Positions 9,628 to 18,524 are shown, numbered from the stretch's first letter. The stretch: DNA of 44,561 bases from Candidatus Hebobacteria bacterium (GCA_029821495.1 JALGTG010000001.1:1-44561); one strand, 5' to 3'. The notes: generated by a model not told the origin, from the letters alone. A program made the numbers and translations.

Positions 9628-10079
9628 CGCATACTGCGACCCGGACCGCCGGCCTCCTTCTCAGGTGCCGGCCGGATCGCGGCCAGGGCGATCCGGTGGT
9701 AGTCCGCCAGCCGCACCTGGTCCAGCGCCCCCACCAGCTCCGAATATGACACGTTCTCATCCGCCACCACCACCACCTGTGCGTCCCGATCCCCACCCGT
9801 CGCCTTGTCCAACGCGGCCCCGATCTGGTCGGCCGTCACCGCCTGCCCGCTCACCTGCACCGGCTGCCCGGGCATCAGGTGTAACACCACCCGCTCCGGG
9901 ACGGGCTGGGCCGTCCTCGCCGACGGCAGCTTCAGCGGCAGGCCGCTCCGCGCGCCCACTAGCGTCGACGCCACCGCAAAGAAGATCAACAGGTTGAACA
10001 CCGTGTCGATCATGGCCGTCAGGTCAACATATGGACGGATGCGCCGCCGGCGCCGGGGAAGGACAAACTCCTGGTTCAT
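9624..10079 (-). CDS. exbD: Biopolymer transport protein ExbD/TolR
   Basis: DLTAMIDTVFNLLIFF TM with the conserved Asp, LKLPSA and VVADENVSY..LV..LD. Confidence 0.92.
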   Translation of the reverse strand: MNQEFVLPRRRRRIRPYVDLTAMIDTVFNLLIFFAVASTLVGARSGLPLKLPSARTAQPVPERVVLHLMPGQPVQVSGQAVTADQIGAALDKATGGDRDAQVVVVADENVSYSELVGALDQVRLADYHRIALAAIRPAPEKEAGGPGRSMR

Positions 10080-10690
10080 GGCTGCGTCCTCGACGTCGTC
10101 TGCAGGTTGAGCAGTTCGGTCACCCGGAGTTCGATCTCGTGAATGAGCGACTCAACGCGGCCCGACAGCGCGTTGTACACAACCATGAAGGGAATCGCGA
10201 TGGAAAGACCCGTGAACGTCGTTATCAGCGCCTCGGCAATCCCGCCCGACAGCGCCGTCGCATTTCCGATCTGCCCGCCCGCGATCACGTGGAACACCTT
10301 GATGAGCCCGGAGATCGTCCCCAGCAGCCCCAGCAGCGGGGCTATCGTGACCATCGTCGCCAGCACGGGGAGGTGGCCGTCGAGCACTGGCTGCTCGGCG
10401 AGGGCCACCTCCCGAGCGACCTCACGGAGGTCATCCTTAGGCATGTCGAAATGGCCGAGAGTGGCCGACAACACGTGGGCGACGGGCCCCCGCGTCGCGT
10501 CGCAGATGCCCCGCGCCTGGTCCACCGAACCGGAGTCGAGCGCGGACCGGATCTTGCCCATCAGCCGAGGCGTGTCCACACGGGCGTGCCGCAGGTAAAG
10601 CCACCGCTCAATGGCGATGACCAGAGCTACCACCGATACTGCTAGCAGCGGAATCATCACGAGCCCGCCGCGGAGAATTGGGTTGAACAA
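10076..10690 (-). CDS. exbB: MotA/TolQ/ExbB proton channel protein
   Basis: GGLVMIPL, IAPLLGLLGTISGLI..F and LSGGIAEALITTFTGL.IAIP. Probable TTG start at 10690 after a purine-rich RBS. Confidence 0.92.
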   Translation of the reverse strand: MFNPILRGGLVMIPLLAVSVVALVIAIERWLYLRHARVDTPRLMGKIRSALDSGSVDQARGICDATRGPVAHVLSATLGHFDMPKDDLREVAREVALAEQPVLDGHLPVLATMVTIAPLLGLLGTISGLIKVFHVIAGGQIGNATALSGGIAEALITTFTGLSIAIPFMVVYNALSGRVESLIHEIELRVTELLNLQTTSRTQP

Positions 10691-10881
10691 GGCTGCTTCT
10701 CTCCCTCCTGGTCTATCCGCCCTTCGCACGTCTTAGACACCGGCGGTCCCTGTTTGTCGCGTCAGCCGCGATCTCGGCCGGTTGGCACGCTTCGCCTTGG
10801 GCAAGCTCGGCGCGCATAGGACAATCGCCACCCGAAGCAGAATGGCTCCCCGACGGAGACTCTCGACACCGGGAGCAGACG

Positions 10882-11694
10882 ATGGCCCTCGAGAAGGTGA
10901 AGATCGCAGACCTGGAGGTGAGCCGCTTAATCCTCGGCGGCAATCCCATCAGCGGATTCAGCCACCAGAGCACGGTCGCCGATGACGAGATGAGACACTA
11001 CTTCACGGCCGACCGGATCAAGGCGCTCTATCGGCAAGCCGAGCGGCTCGGCGTCAACACCCACATCGGACGGGCCGATCACCACGTGATCCGGGTGCTG
11101 ATGGAGCACTGGGATCAAGGCGGCCGGATGCAGTGGATCGCGCAGACATGTCCCGAGATCGGCTCGCCGCAGCGGGGGGCGCTGAACGGCATCAACTACG
11201 GGGCCAAGGCCGTCTTCATCCACGGCGGCCAGATGGACAACATGCGCATTCACGGGTGCCTGGAGCAGACCATCCCGGTCATCAACATGATCCACGACGC
11301 AGCCTTGCCCGCTGGCGTGGCGGGGCACCAGCCTGAGATATTCCAGTGGGCGGAGGAGCACCTCGACTGCGACTTCTACATGTGCTCGTACTACGACCCG
11401 GTCGAGCGAGGAGAGTCGGCCGAGAATCAACCGGGCGGGGACGAGCGATTCGCTGACGCCGACCGGGACCGGATGACAGCGGCAATCCAGAGCCTGTCAA
11501 AGCCCGTTATTCACTACAAGATAATGGCCTGCGGCCGCAATGATCCCAAAGACGCCGTCCGCTGCGCGGCCCGCAACATGCGGCCCGGCGACGCAGTCTG
11601 CGTGGGGATCTATCCCAAGCACCGCCCGAACGAGCTGGAGGAGGATGTGAGGCTCTTTGAGGAGAGCCTGAACGCCGTTCGGGCCAGAGGATAA
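10882..11694 (+). CDS. Aldo/keto-reductase-fold (TIM barrel) protein of unknown function
   Basis: LEVSRLILGGNP N-terminus, GVAGH and KPVIHYKIMACGR resemble AKR-like proteins. RBS GGGAG. Confidence 0.65.
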   Translation: MALEKVKIADLEVSRLILGGNPISGFSHQSTVADDEMRHYFTADRIKALYRQAERLGVNTHIGRADHHVIRVLMEHWDQGGRMQWIAQTCPEIGSPQRGALNGINYGAKAVFIHGGQMDNMRIHGCLEQTIPVINMIHDAALPAGVAGHQPEIFQWAEEHLDCDFYMCSYYDPVERGESAENQPGGDERFADADRDRMTAAIQSLSKPVIHYKIMACGRNDPKDAVRCAARNMRPGDAVCVGIYPKHRPNELEEDVRLFEESLNAVRARG

Positions 11695-11744
11695 CCGCGC
11701 CATCTCCAAGCCCCAGAGGCGGCTCACCGGCGAGAAACCGCCCA

Positions 11745-11773
11745 TTGCTTTCTGCGGGCTGCTCGGATACAAT
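11745..11773 (+). promoter_or_regulatory. Sigma70-type promoter
   Basis: TTGCTT, 17 bp, TACAAT; RBS GAGGAGG follows before GTG 11800. Confidence 0.6.
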
Positions 11774-11799
11774 CGGGTTGCACATAGAGGAGGCCAGCG

Positions 11800-12453
11800 G
11801 TGGGGAAGACGCAGTGCCCGAAGTGCGGGACGGAGAATCCTGAGGGCCGCTCGGCCTGTGTTCAGTGCGGCACTGCAATGCCGGCCGACCCGAGCGCCGC
11901 GCTGACAGAGGTCCCCGGCGCAGGTGGCGATCCTGTCGTGGCCAGGCCGGTACCTGTCCTCCGAGCCGTTCTCATGTTGTGCTTGGTATGCGCGCTCGCC
12001 ATCCTGGTATGGCTCGTCCTGCCGCTGCGACAGCCACCTCTCCCCCGGCCAGTCTGCCTCTCGAATGTGAAGAACATCACCCTTGCCTTCCAGATGTATC
12101 TGGCCGACAACGACTATGTATTCCCGCCGGCGGGCGAGTGGTGCGACACTATCAGGGAGTACGTCAAGAACGACCAGGTATACCGGTGTCCAGAGGCTGG
12201 AGGTGTCCCCTCTGGCTACGCCTACAACCTGTCTCTCGATGCCCTCCCCCTCGGTGCCGTGGCCAAGCCGGCCGCCACAATCGTCATCTTCGAGAGCGAC
12301 AAGGGCTGGAACGCGGCAGGCGGCCCGGAGCTGCTGCCGGCCGAGCCGAGGCACTCTGGAGGTGACAACTACGGGTATGCGGACGGAAGCGCGCGGTGGG
12401 CCAGCCGCGAGACTGTAGTCTCCAGTGAGCCGGGGTTGACCTGGGAGCCGTGA
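11800..12453 (+). CDS. Zinc-ribbon + TM + DUF1559/H-X9-DG pilin-like globular domain protein
   Basis: CPKC-x10-CVQC ribbon, one TM helix, CLSNVKNITLAFQMYLADND, YRCP, GYAYN and RHSGGDNYGYADG (H-X9-DG). Confidence 0.8.
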   Translation: MGKTQCPKCGTENPEGRSACVQCGTAMPADPSAALTEVPGAGGDPVVARPVPVLRAVLMLCLVCALAILVWLVLPLRQPPLPRPVCLSNVKNITLAFQMYLADNDYVFPPAGEWCDTIREYVKNDQVYRCPEAGGVPSGYAYNLSLDALPLGAVAKPAATIVIFESDKGWNAAGGPELLPAEPRHSGGDNYGYADGSARWASRETVVSSEPGLTWEP

Positions 12454-12527
12454 GGCAGCAGGCCGTCGCGAAACCCACAGCGGGAATGGTATTCTCGGAA
12501 TGGTCGTTCCCACTTATGCTGACGCCG

Positions 12528-12536
12528 TGATATAAT
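12528..12536 (+). promoter_or_regulatory. Extended -10 promoter upstream of smc
   Basis: TG-a-TATAAT is a perfect extended -10, about 110 bp upstream of the smc start. Confidence 0.55.
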
Positions 12537-12645
12537 CCGCCTCGTCGCTCTCTGGCGGAGCCCGTGCGCGCGTCGCTCCATCGCGGCACAGAAAGAACCA
12601 GGGACACAGCAAACGTAGCAGCACACTTGCAGAAGGGGGCATGCC

Positions 12646-15600
12646 TTGTACCTCAAGCGCCTCGAGCTCAACGGCTTCAAGACCTTCGCCGATAACACCA
12701 CCCTCGAATTCGGCCCCGGTGTCAGCGGCATCGTCGGGCCCAATGGCAGCGGGAAGAGCAACCTCGCCGACGCCATCCTCTGGTGCCTCGGCGAGCAGAG
12801 CATGAAGTCCCTCCGCTCCTCCCGCGCCCACGACGTCATATTCGCCGGCAGCGAGAGCCGCCGCCGTGCCGGGGTAGGCGAGGTATCGCTCACTCTCGAC
12901 AACACCGACGGAGCCCTCCCCCTCGACTTCACCGAAGTCACGGTCACACGCCGCGTCTTCCGTAGCGGCGAGGGGGAATACTTCATCAACCGCGTCCCAT
13001 GCCGCCTCCGCGACATCCACGAGCTCTTCCTCGACACCGGCATCGGCAAGCACGCCTACTCCATGATCAGCCAGACGGAGATCGACCGCATCCTCTCCGT
13101 GCGCTCCGAGGATCGCCGCGAGATCTTCGAGCAGGCCTCCGGCATCCAGCGCTACCGCCAGCGCAAGAACGAGGCCGGACGCAAGCTCGACCGTGTCTGC
13201 ACCAACCTCCTCCGCGTCAACGACATCATCCACGAGCTCGAGAGCCAGGTCGAGCCCCTCTCCCAGCAATCCGAGACCGCGCGCCAGTACAAGCAGCTCT
13301 CCAAGGAGCTCTTCGATCTCAAGCTCAGCCTCATGGTCCACCAGCGCGCGGCCCTTACCGAGAACCTATCCCGTGTCCGCGACCGCAAGGTCGAACTCGA
13401 GCGCGAGATGGAGGCCGCCCGGACGCGTTCCCATCAGCTCGCAGCCGAGGAGGTCGAGGTCAGGGCGCGGCTTCAGGACCTCGAGAGCCGCCTCGACGAC
13501 ACCCGCTCGCTTGTCGGACGGCTGGCGAGCGAGACCGACCGCGCCGACGGGCGCCTCAACCTCGCCAACCAGCGCATCGAGGATCTGAAGGCCCAGACCG
13601 CGCAGGCCCACCAAGAGATCGAGCAGCTCGAGGAGCAGAAGCGCGCCGCCGAAGAGGAGCTGGCGACCGCCGAGCGCGAGCGGCCCATACTCGCGGCCAA
13701 GGCCGAGAAGCTCCGCGCAGAGATCGAGGCCCGCGAGCAGCGCCTCCGCCAGGAAACCGGCGCCCTGCGAGACACCGGGGAGTCGGCCGAAGAGCAGCGC
13801 ACCGGCCACCTCGACATTCTCAGAGAGCTTGCCGACGCGCGCAACCGGCTCGGCCAGTGCGAGTCCCTCCTCGAAGCCGCGCGCGGAAGGATCGCCCGAC
13901 TCCAGGATCAGCGCGAGGCCCTGCGATCCCAGCGGGAGGACCTAGCAGCAAGCGTCGAAGAGGCAGCCCGCGCAGTCTCGGAGATGCGCACCGAAAGAGA
14001 GCGCCGTGCCGGCGAGTTGTCCGCCCTCCGCCTCGAGCGAGAGGCTGCAGAGGCGGCCGGGGCGGAGCTGGCCGGTCGGGAGCTGGAGCTCCGCGAGCGC
14101 CTGTCGGGCGTTCGCTCCCGTCAGCGCGCCCTGGAGGAGATGGAGCGCGCCAAGGAAGGGCTGCGCGCCGGCACACGAGCCGTCTTGTCCGCCGTAGAGT
14201 CCGGCCGACTCGCCGGCGAATACCAGACCGTTGCAGACCTCCTCAGAGTGCCGAAGGAGCTCGAAGCCGCCATCGAGGCCGCCCTCGGCCCCGCGGCGGG
14301 AGATCTTGTCGTCCCCTCCGAGAGCGAGGCCGGCCGGGCCATCGCCTTCCTCAAGGAAACCAAGGCCGGCAGGGCGACCTTCCTCCCGCGTTCTCGCATC
14401 AGGATCGGCTCGCGACCCGACGGATTGGCCGCGCTGGCCCGGCAGTCCGGTTGCCTGGGCATCGCGGCCGACCTCGTCGGCTGCGAAACCGGCGGCGAGG
14501 AGGTCGTCGAGCAACTGCTCGGCCGCGTCTTGGTGGCAGATAGTCTGGACGCCGCCCTAGAACTCTCCCGCGCCGGCGGCGCATGGCGAGCAGTCGTCAC
14601 TCGCGACGGCGACATCGTTCGCCCCTGGGGTGCCATCACCGGCGGGAGTCGGCCCGCTCGGACGGGACTTCTCGGTCGCGGACGCGAGATCGCGGAGCTC
14701 GGCCAACAGGCGAAAGACCTCGAGGCCGAACTGGAGAGCACCTCCTCCGGACTGCATCAGGCGCGGGAGCGAGCGCAGTCGGCCCGCGGCCGGGCGGATT
14801 CGCTGCGAGACCAGCTGGAGCAGGAATCGACGAAGCTTGGCGAGGCGGAGCGTCAGGTCGAGGTGCAGAGAGAGAAGGCGCGCCTCGACGCCGAACGGGA
14901 CCAGGCAATTCTCTCGGAGCAGCAGGCGCTCGAGGAAGAGTCGCGGCAGATCGAGCAGGATCGTGCAGAAGCGGCCGCCCGCGTCGAGAAGCTGGCCACC
15001 AGGAAGGACGCCGCCGAGACCTTGATGGCCCAGGTCGAGTCCGCGCTCGCCGCCGGCCGGGACGCCCGAGAGGAGCTCACCCTAACGACCTCCGAAATGA
15101 AGGTGAAGCTGACCGAGGTCCAGGGCGACCTGCGCGCTCTCGAGGCGCGAGCGGAGAAGATCGCCCAGAACGCTCAGATGCTCGGGTCGGCCATCGACGA
15201 CAGGCGAGCCCTGAAGCAGCGCACCGAGACCGGCCGCCGAGACGCCGAGACCGGCCTCGCTGACCTCGCCGCAGAGTGCGAGGGCCTGCGGGGCAAGCAT
15301 CGGGAGGCCGAGCAGGAGCTCGCCCAAACTCAGGAGCAGCGCACGCAGCACCTGGACGCCCTCGCCGCCAACCGCGAGGCAGCCGCCGAGAATCGAGCAC
15401 AGACGGAGGCCGCCCAGAACCGCGAACACCGGCTCGAGTTGCGCATCACTCAGATCGAGAGCGAGATCGGCTTCTGCGAGCGCACTCTGGCCGACGAGTA
15501 TCGCATCACCCTCGAAGAGGCGGAGCGCAAGGCGGGCCCCATCGACAGCCGAACGGCCGCCCAGAAGCGGGTGAAGGAGCTGCAGGCCGCGCTGGAGGCG

Positions 15601-16290
15601 CTTGGCGAGGTCAACCTCGGATCAATCGAGGAGTACGAGAGAGTCAAGCAGCGGATCGAGTTCCTCGGCGGACAGCGCGCCGACCTCGAGGGAGCCCGAG
15701 AGGACCTCCAGCAGGCCATCATGGAGATCGACCGCGAAGCCACCTCGCGGTTCCTCGCCGCCTTCGAGCAGATCAAGGCGGAGTTCCAGACCTTCTTCCT
15801 CCGGTTGTTCGGCGGTGGCAGCGCAGAGCTGACCCTCACCGATACCGAGAACGTCCTCGAATGCGGCATCGACGTCACGGTTACCGTGCCCGGCAAGAAG
15901 ACCCGCGACCTGCTCCAGCTCTCTGGAGGCGAGCGCGCGCTCACCGCCGCCGCCATCCTCTTCGCGCTCCTGAAGGTGAAGCCCTCGCCTTTCGTCATCC
16001 TCGACGAAGTCGACGCCCCCCTCGATGACTCCAACATCGGGCGCTACTGCGACGTGCTCCGGCAGTTCGCTCAGCAGTCCCAGTTCATCGTCATCACCCA
16101 CAACAAGGGCACCATGGAGGCCGCCGACGTCCTCTATGGCGCGACACTCGAAGAGCCGGGAGTCAGCAAGCTGATCGGCATGCGTCTGCGAGACGAAGCC
16201 GAGCGGGTGAAGGAGCAGGAGGCAGTCGTCGAGATGCCCACTCCCGAGGCCGAGCCGGCGGAGGCGTCGGGAGCCGAGGAAGCCGCGTAG
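12646..16290 (+). CDS. smc: Chromosome segregation protein SMC
   Basis: YLKRLELNGFKTF, Walker A GPNGSGKSN, long coiled coils, hinge GRATFLP/GAITGG, signature LSGGE and Walker B FVILDEVDAPLD. Confidence 0.98.
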   Translation: MYLKRLELNGFKTFADNTTLEFGPGVSGIVGPNGSGKSNLADAILWCLGEQSMKSLRSSRAHDVIFAGSESRRRAGVGEVSLTLDNTDGALPLDFTEVTVTRRVFRSGEGEYFINRVPCRLRDIHELFLDTGIGKHAYSMISQTEIDRILSVRSEDRREIFEQASGIQRYRQRKNEAGRKLDRVCTNLLRVNDIIHELESQVEPLSQQSETARQYKQLSKELFDLKLSLMVHQRAALTENLSRVRDRKVELEREMEAARTRSHQLAAEEVEVRARLQDLESRLDDTRSLVGRLASETDRADGRLNLANQRIEDLKAQTAQAHQEIEQLEEQKRAAEEELATAERERPILAAKAEKLRAEIEAREQRLRQETGALRDTGESAEEQRTGHLDILRELADARNRLGQCESLLEAARGRIARLQDQREALRSQREDLAASVEEAARAVSEMRTERERRAGELSALRLEREAAEAAGAELAGRELELRERLSGVRSRQRALEEMERAKEGLRAGTRAVLSAVESGRLAGEYQTVADLLRVPKELEAAIEAALGPAAGDLVVPSESEAGRAIAFLKETKAGRATFLPRSRIRIGSRPDGLAALARQSGCLGIAADLVGCETGGEEVVEQLLGRVLVADSLDAALELSRAGGAWRAVVTRDGDIVRPWGAITGGSRPARTGLLGRGREIAELGQQAKDLEAELESTSSGLHQARERAQSARGRADSLRDQLEQESTKLGEAERQVEVQREKARLDAERDQAILSEQQALEEESRQIEQDRAEAAARVEKLATRKDAAETLMAQVESALAAGRDAREELTLTTSEMKVKLTEVQGDLRALEARAEKIAQNAQMLGSAIDDRRALKQRTETGRRDAETGLADLAAECEGLRGKHREAEQELAQTQEQRTQHLDALAANREAAAENRAQTEAAQNREHRLELRITQIESEIGFCERTLADEYRITLEEAERKAGPIDSRTAAQKRVKELQAALEALGEVNLGSIEEYERVKQRIEFLGGQRADLEGAREDLQQAIMEIDREATSRFLAAFEQIKAEFQTFFLRLFGGGSAELTLTDTENVLECGIDVTVTVPGKKTRDLLQLSGGERALTAAAILFALLKVKPSPFVILDEVDAPLDDSNIGRYCDVLRQFAQQSQFIVITHNKGTMEAADVLYGATLEEPGVSKLIGMRLRDEAERVKEQEAVVEMPTPEAEPAEASGAEEAA

Positions 16291-16291
16291 A

Positions 16292-16351
16292 GCGCATTTC
16301 ATAGCCCTCACTGGCCTGCCTGTCCGTTAGAGAAGCTGGCATGAAATGCGC
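16292..16351. repeat. Inverted repeat between convergent genes (possible terminator or palindromic element)
   Basis: GCGCATTTCAT (16292-16302) and ATGAAATGCGC (16341-16351) are a perfect 11-bp inverted repeat starting 2 bp after the smc stop. Confidence 0.5.
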
Positions 16352-16427
16352 CTGCTGGAGCCTGGGGGCTTGCGCTGCTGTTCCATAAGGTCAGATGGTG
16401 AAACAGCTTCTAGCCACTCCTCGTCGC

Positions 16428-17933
16428 TCACGCCTCCGGCGGCGCGATCAGGTCAGCGATAAGCAGGTCGGCATCGAGGCCGGAGTAGCCCAGCCGTTGG
16501 GCAAGCTCCTCCGCTGTCAGCTCTTGCCCAAGCGCCCACAGCCCCTTGAGGAAATCGCCCGCCTCCGAGCTGGCGAACCAGCGCCTCCCAAAACGGTCCA
16601 CCAGGGCGCGCCGCAGGTGCACCTCTAGCATCCAGCCGCGCAGGTAACACGCGCAGTAGAACCCGTCGTCCACATCCGACAGGTATGCCGCCGGCGCGAT
16701 TCTCACGCCCAGCGCCCCGCCCAGCACTTCAGCATAGCGCCCACTGAGGTCGCTTCCCAGTGCCTCCGAGGCGTGTAGCTCCCGCTCGTAGCAGAGCTTC
16801 GCAGCATAGCGTCTGAGGTAGTGGAGCTGGCGAAAGCGAGAGAACCGAGCGTACTCCGGGCACCAGTCGATGCCCGAGACATACTCCGCCCAATCCCGGC
16901 TCTGCAGCACCAGGTTGAACACGAACGCGTAGCTCTCGGTTACCGAGTTGTCCCCCAGGCAGCGGTACGGAAAAGGCGCCGAAGCATCGGTGTTCACGAA
17001 GTGCTGCGCGTGGCCTGCCTCGTGGAAGAGCGTGCTGTAGTCGTCTTGCCCTCCCTGCGGCATGATCACCAGCCGCACATCGCCCGGCACTCGGATCGGA
17101 GAGCAGAACGCCCGGGGCGACTTGAGTGGCCGTTCCTCGATGTCAAGGTGCAGGTTCGGTTGCGTCGCCATGTCGATGCCCAGCCCGGCCAGGGTCTGCG
17201 TTAGCGACGGGATAAGTTGCGCCTTCGGGAAACGAGAGTCGAACTCGGGGGCCACCAGCACGTGTCTCAGGTCGGCGACGTCCGCCTCCCCGGACGGGAC
17301 TCCCTTGTCCTCCAGCGCCCGCGCCAGCTCCTCTTGCCAGCACGCCTTCGTTTCGGCCAGCAACACCGTCATCTCGGCCGCCAGGCGATCTAGGTTGAAG
17401 CCGGTCAGGTCGTCACAGAAACGCACGTAGTCCCCGAACCCCAGAGACTTCGCCTCGCCATGCAACTGCTCCAGCCGCGCCAATCTCCTCTGGTTCTGCC
17501 TTTCCAGCACGGCGAGGATGCGCTCGTGCAGCTCCAGCCGTCGCGCTCGATCCGCCTCTCCTCCCACTAAGACCCAGGCCTGTCTATAGGGAACGGACCT
17601 GCCGTCCCACTCCACTACCGCGGCCGTCTCCGCCTCGGCAATCTGCTCGGTTAGAGCGCCTGCCGATCCGCCTAGGTACTGAAACGCCGCGAAGTGGGCG
17701 AGATACCGCCCCGCCTTCGTTTCTCTCCCGCCCAGCAAGTCCTCCACTACGCCGCGGGAGAACAGATGCCGATACTTCTTGTAGATCGGCGAAAGCTCCA
17801 GCTTCTCCTGTAAGCCGGCGCCGTTTAGGTAGTACTGCTCGTCCAGCTCCGACAGGAAGCCCTCGGCTTCTAGCTCATATCGCGGATTCCCGTCGTCTCT
17901 GGATTCGTGGCTTTCGGAGGCCTTGTCTGTCAC
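16428..17933 (-). CDS. Gluzincin metallopeptidase (M3/M2/M32-like)
   Basis: Zinc motif FHEAGHAQH with a downstream Glu in SVTESYAF; D...RPLKSPRAFC precedes it as in M3-like peptidases. Confidence 0.8.
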   Translation of the reverse strand: MTDKASESHESRDDGNPRYELEAEGFLSELDEQYYLNGAGLQEKLELSPIYKKYRHLFSRGVVEDLLGGRETKAGRYLAHFAAFQYLGGSAGALTEQIAEAETAAVVEWDGRSVPYRQAWVLVGGEADRARRLELHERILAVLERQNQRRLARLEQLHGEAKSLGFGDYVRFCDDLTGFNLDRLAAEMTVLLAETKACWQEELARALEDKGVPSGEADVADLRHVLVAPEFDSRFPKAQLIPSLTQTLAGLGIDMATQPNLHLDIEERPLKSPRAFCSPIRVPGDVRLVIMPQGGQDDYSTLFHEAGHAQHFVNTDASAPFPYRCLGDNSVTESYAFVFNLVLQSRDWAEYVSGIDWCPEYARFSRFRQLHYLRRYAAKLCYERELHASEALGSDLSGRYAEVLGGALGVRIAPAAYLSDVDDGFYCACYLRGWMLEVHLRRALVDRFGRRWFASSEAGDFLKGLWALGQELTAEELAQRLGYSGLDADLLIADLIAPPEA

Positions 17934-18088
17934 CTGGCAACCTACCTATCGTCCAGCAGCCTGTTCTCTATCCTCTTCTTTCCATGAGGTGCTCCTACTT
18001 TCTGTTGGGGTAAGCCCTCAGTTCCGTTGTGCCTTCTCCATCATGGGTCGTGCACGCGCCCATCGCCGCTCCCAAAGCTCCGTCGTTC

Positions 18089-18097
18089 TGCTATACT
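18089..18097 (+). promoter_or_regulatory. Extended -10 promoter
   Basis: TG-c-TATACT, about 120 bp upstream of the small membrane-protein ORF. Confidence 0.45.
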
Positions 18098-18219
18098 CTC
18101 CGTGTAGGGGCTCGCGGTTGCCCCCACCGCGTGAAGCCGACTTCCCGGCGGTCGGGAAGGCCGTGCCTTGGATTCGCGGTGCTGGGTCCTGCCTTGGAGA
18201 GCCGAAACGGAGACGCCGA

Positions 18220-18429
18220 GTGACCAGTCCCTTCCTGGTGATCATGATCCTGCTGGCATTCGGGCCTCTGGCCATCATGGGAGCCCTGTATATCGTCGCG
18301 CTTCTGCTCTGGTTCTCGGGGCGGCCGGAGCTTCTCGCTAAGCTCTCGGCAGTGCGCAAGATGACCGAGCGGGGCAAACCCGCCGACCCAGACGAAGAGC
18401 AGTGTTCGCGTGGTGGTCGGTCCGACTGA
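18220..18429 (+). CDS. Small membrane protein (69 aa)
   Basis: GGAG RBS then GTG; MTSPFLVIMILLAFGPLAIMGALYIVALLLWFSG hydrophobic stretch followed by a charged tail. Confidence 0.6.
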   Translation: MTSPFLVIMILLAFGPLAIMGALYIVALLLWFSGRPELLAKLSAVRKMTERGKPADPDEEQCSRGGRSD

Positions 18430-18463
18430 CCCAGCCCGGCGGCCTGCATCGCCTCGCCCTTCC

Positions 18464-18493
18464 TTGACAGTGGTCTGCGGTGGGGGATATACT
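18464..18493 (+). promoter_or_regulatory. Sigma70-type promoter of hisG
   Basis: TTGACA, 18 bp, TATACT. Confidence 0.75.
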
Positions 18494-18524
18494 CCCTCTG
18501 AGGGAAGCCTGCCCGTAAGGGAGG

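Noticed and set aside
10730-10880. Possible cobalamin or c-di-GMP-I riboswitch ahead of exbB (GACGC and GTCTAAG on the minus strand)
   Set aside because: No B12 box; the GGCAAA/GAAA/GCAAA elements are degenerate and the required stem does not pair.
11701-11710. CATCTCCAAG found shortly after stop codons at both 11701 and 43781
   Set aside because: A 10-bp match with unrelated flanks is compatible with chance in 44 kb.
17923-18219. N-terminal 99 codons of the 168-aa ORF 17923-18429
   Set aside because: They span the divergent promoter region; the RBS and hydrophobic domain support a start at GTG 18220.
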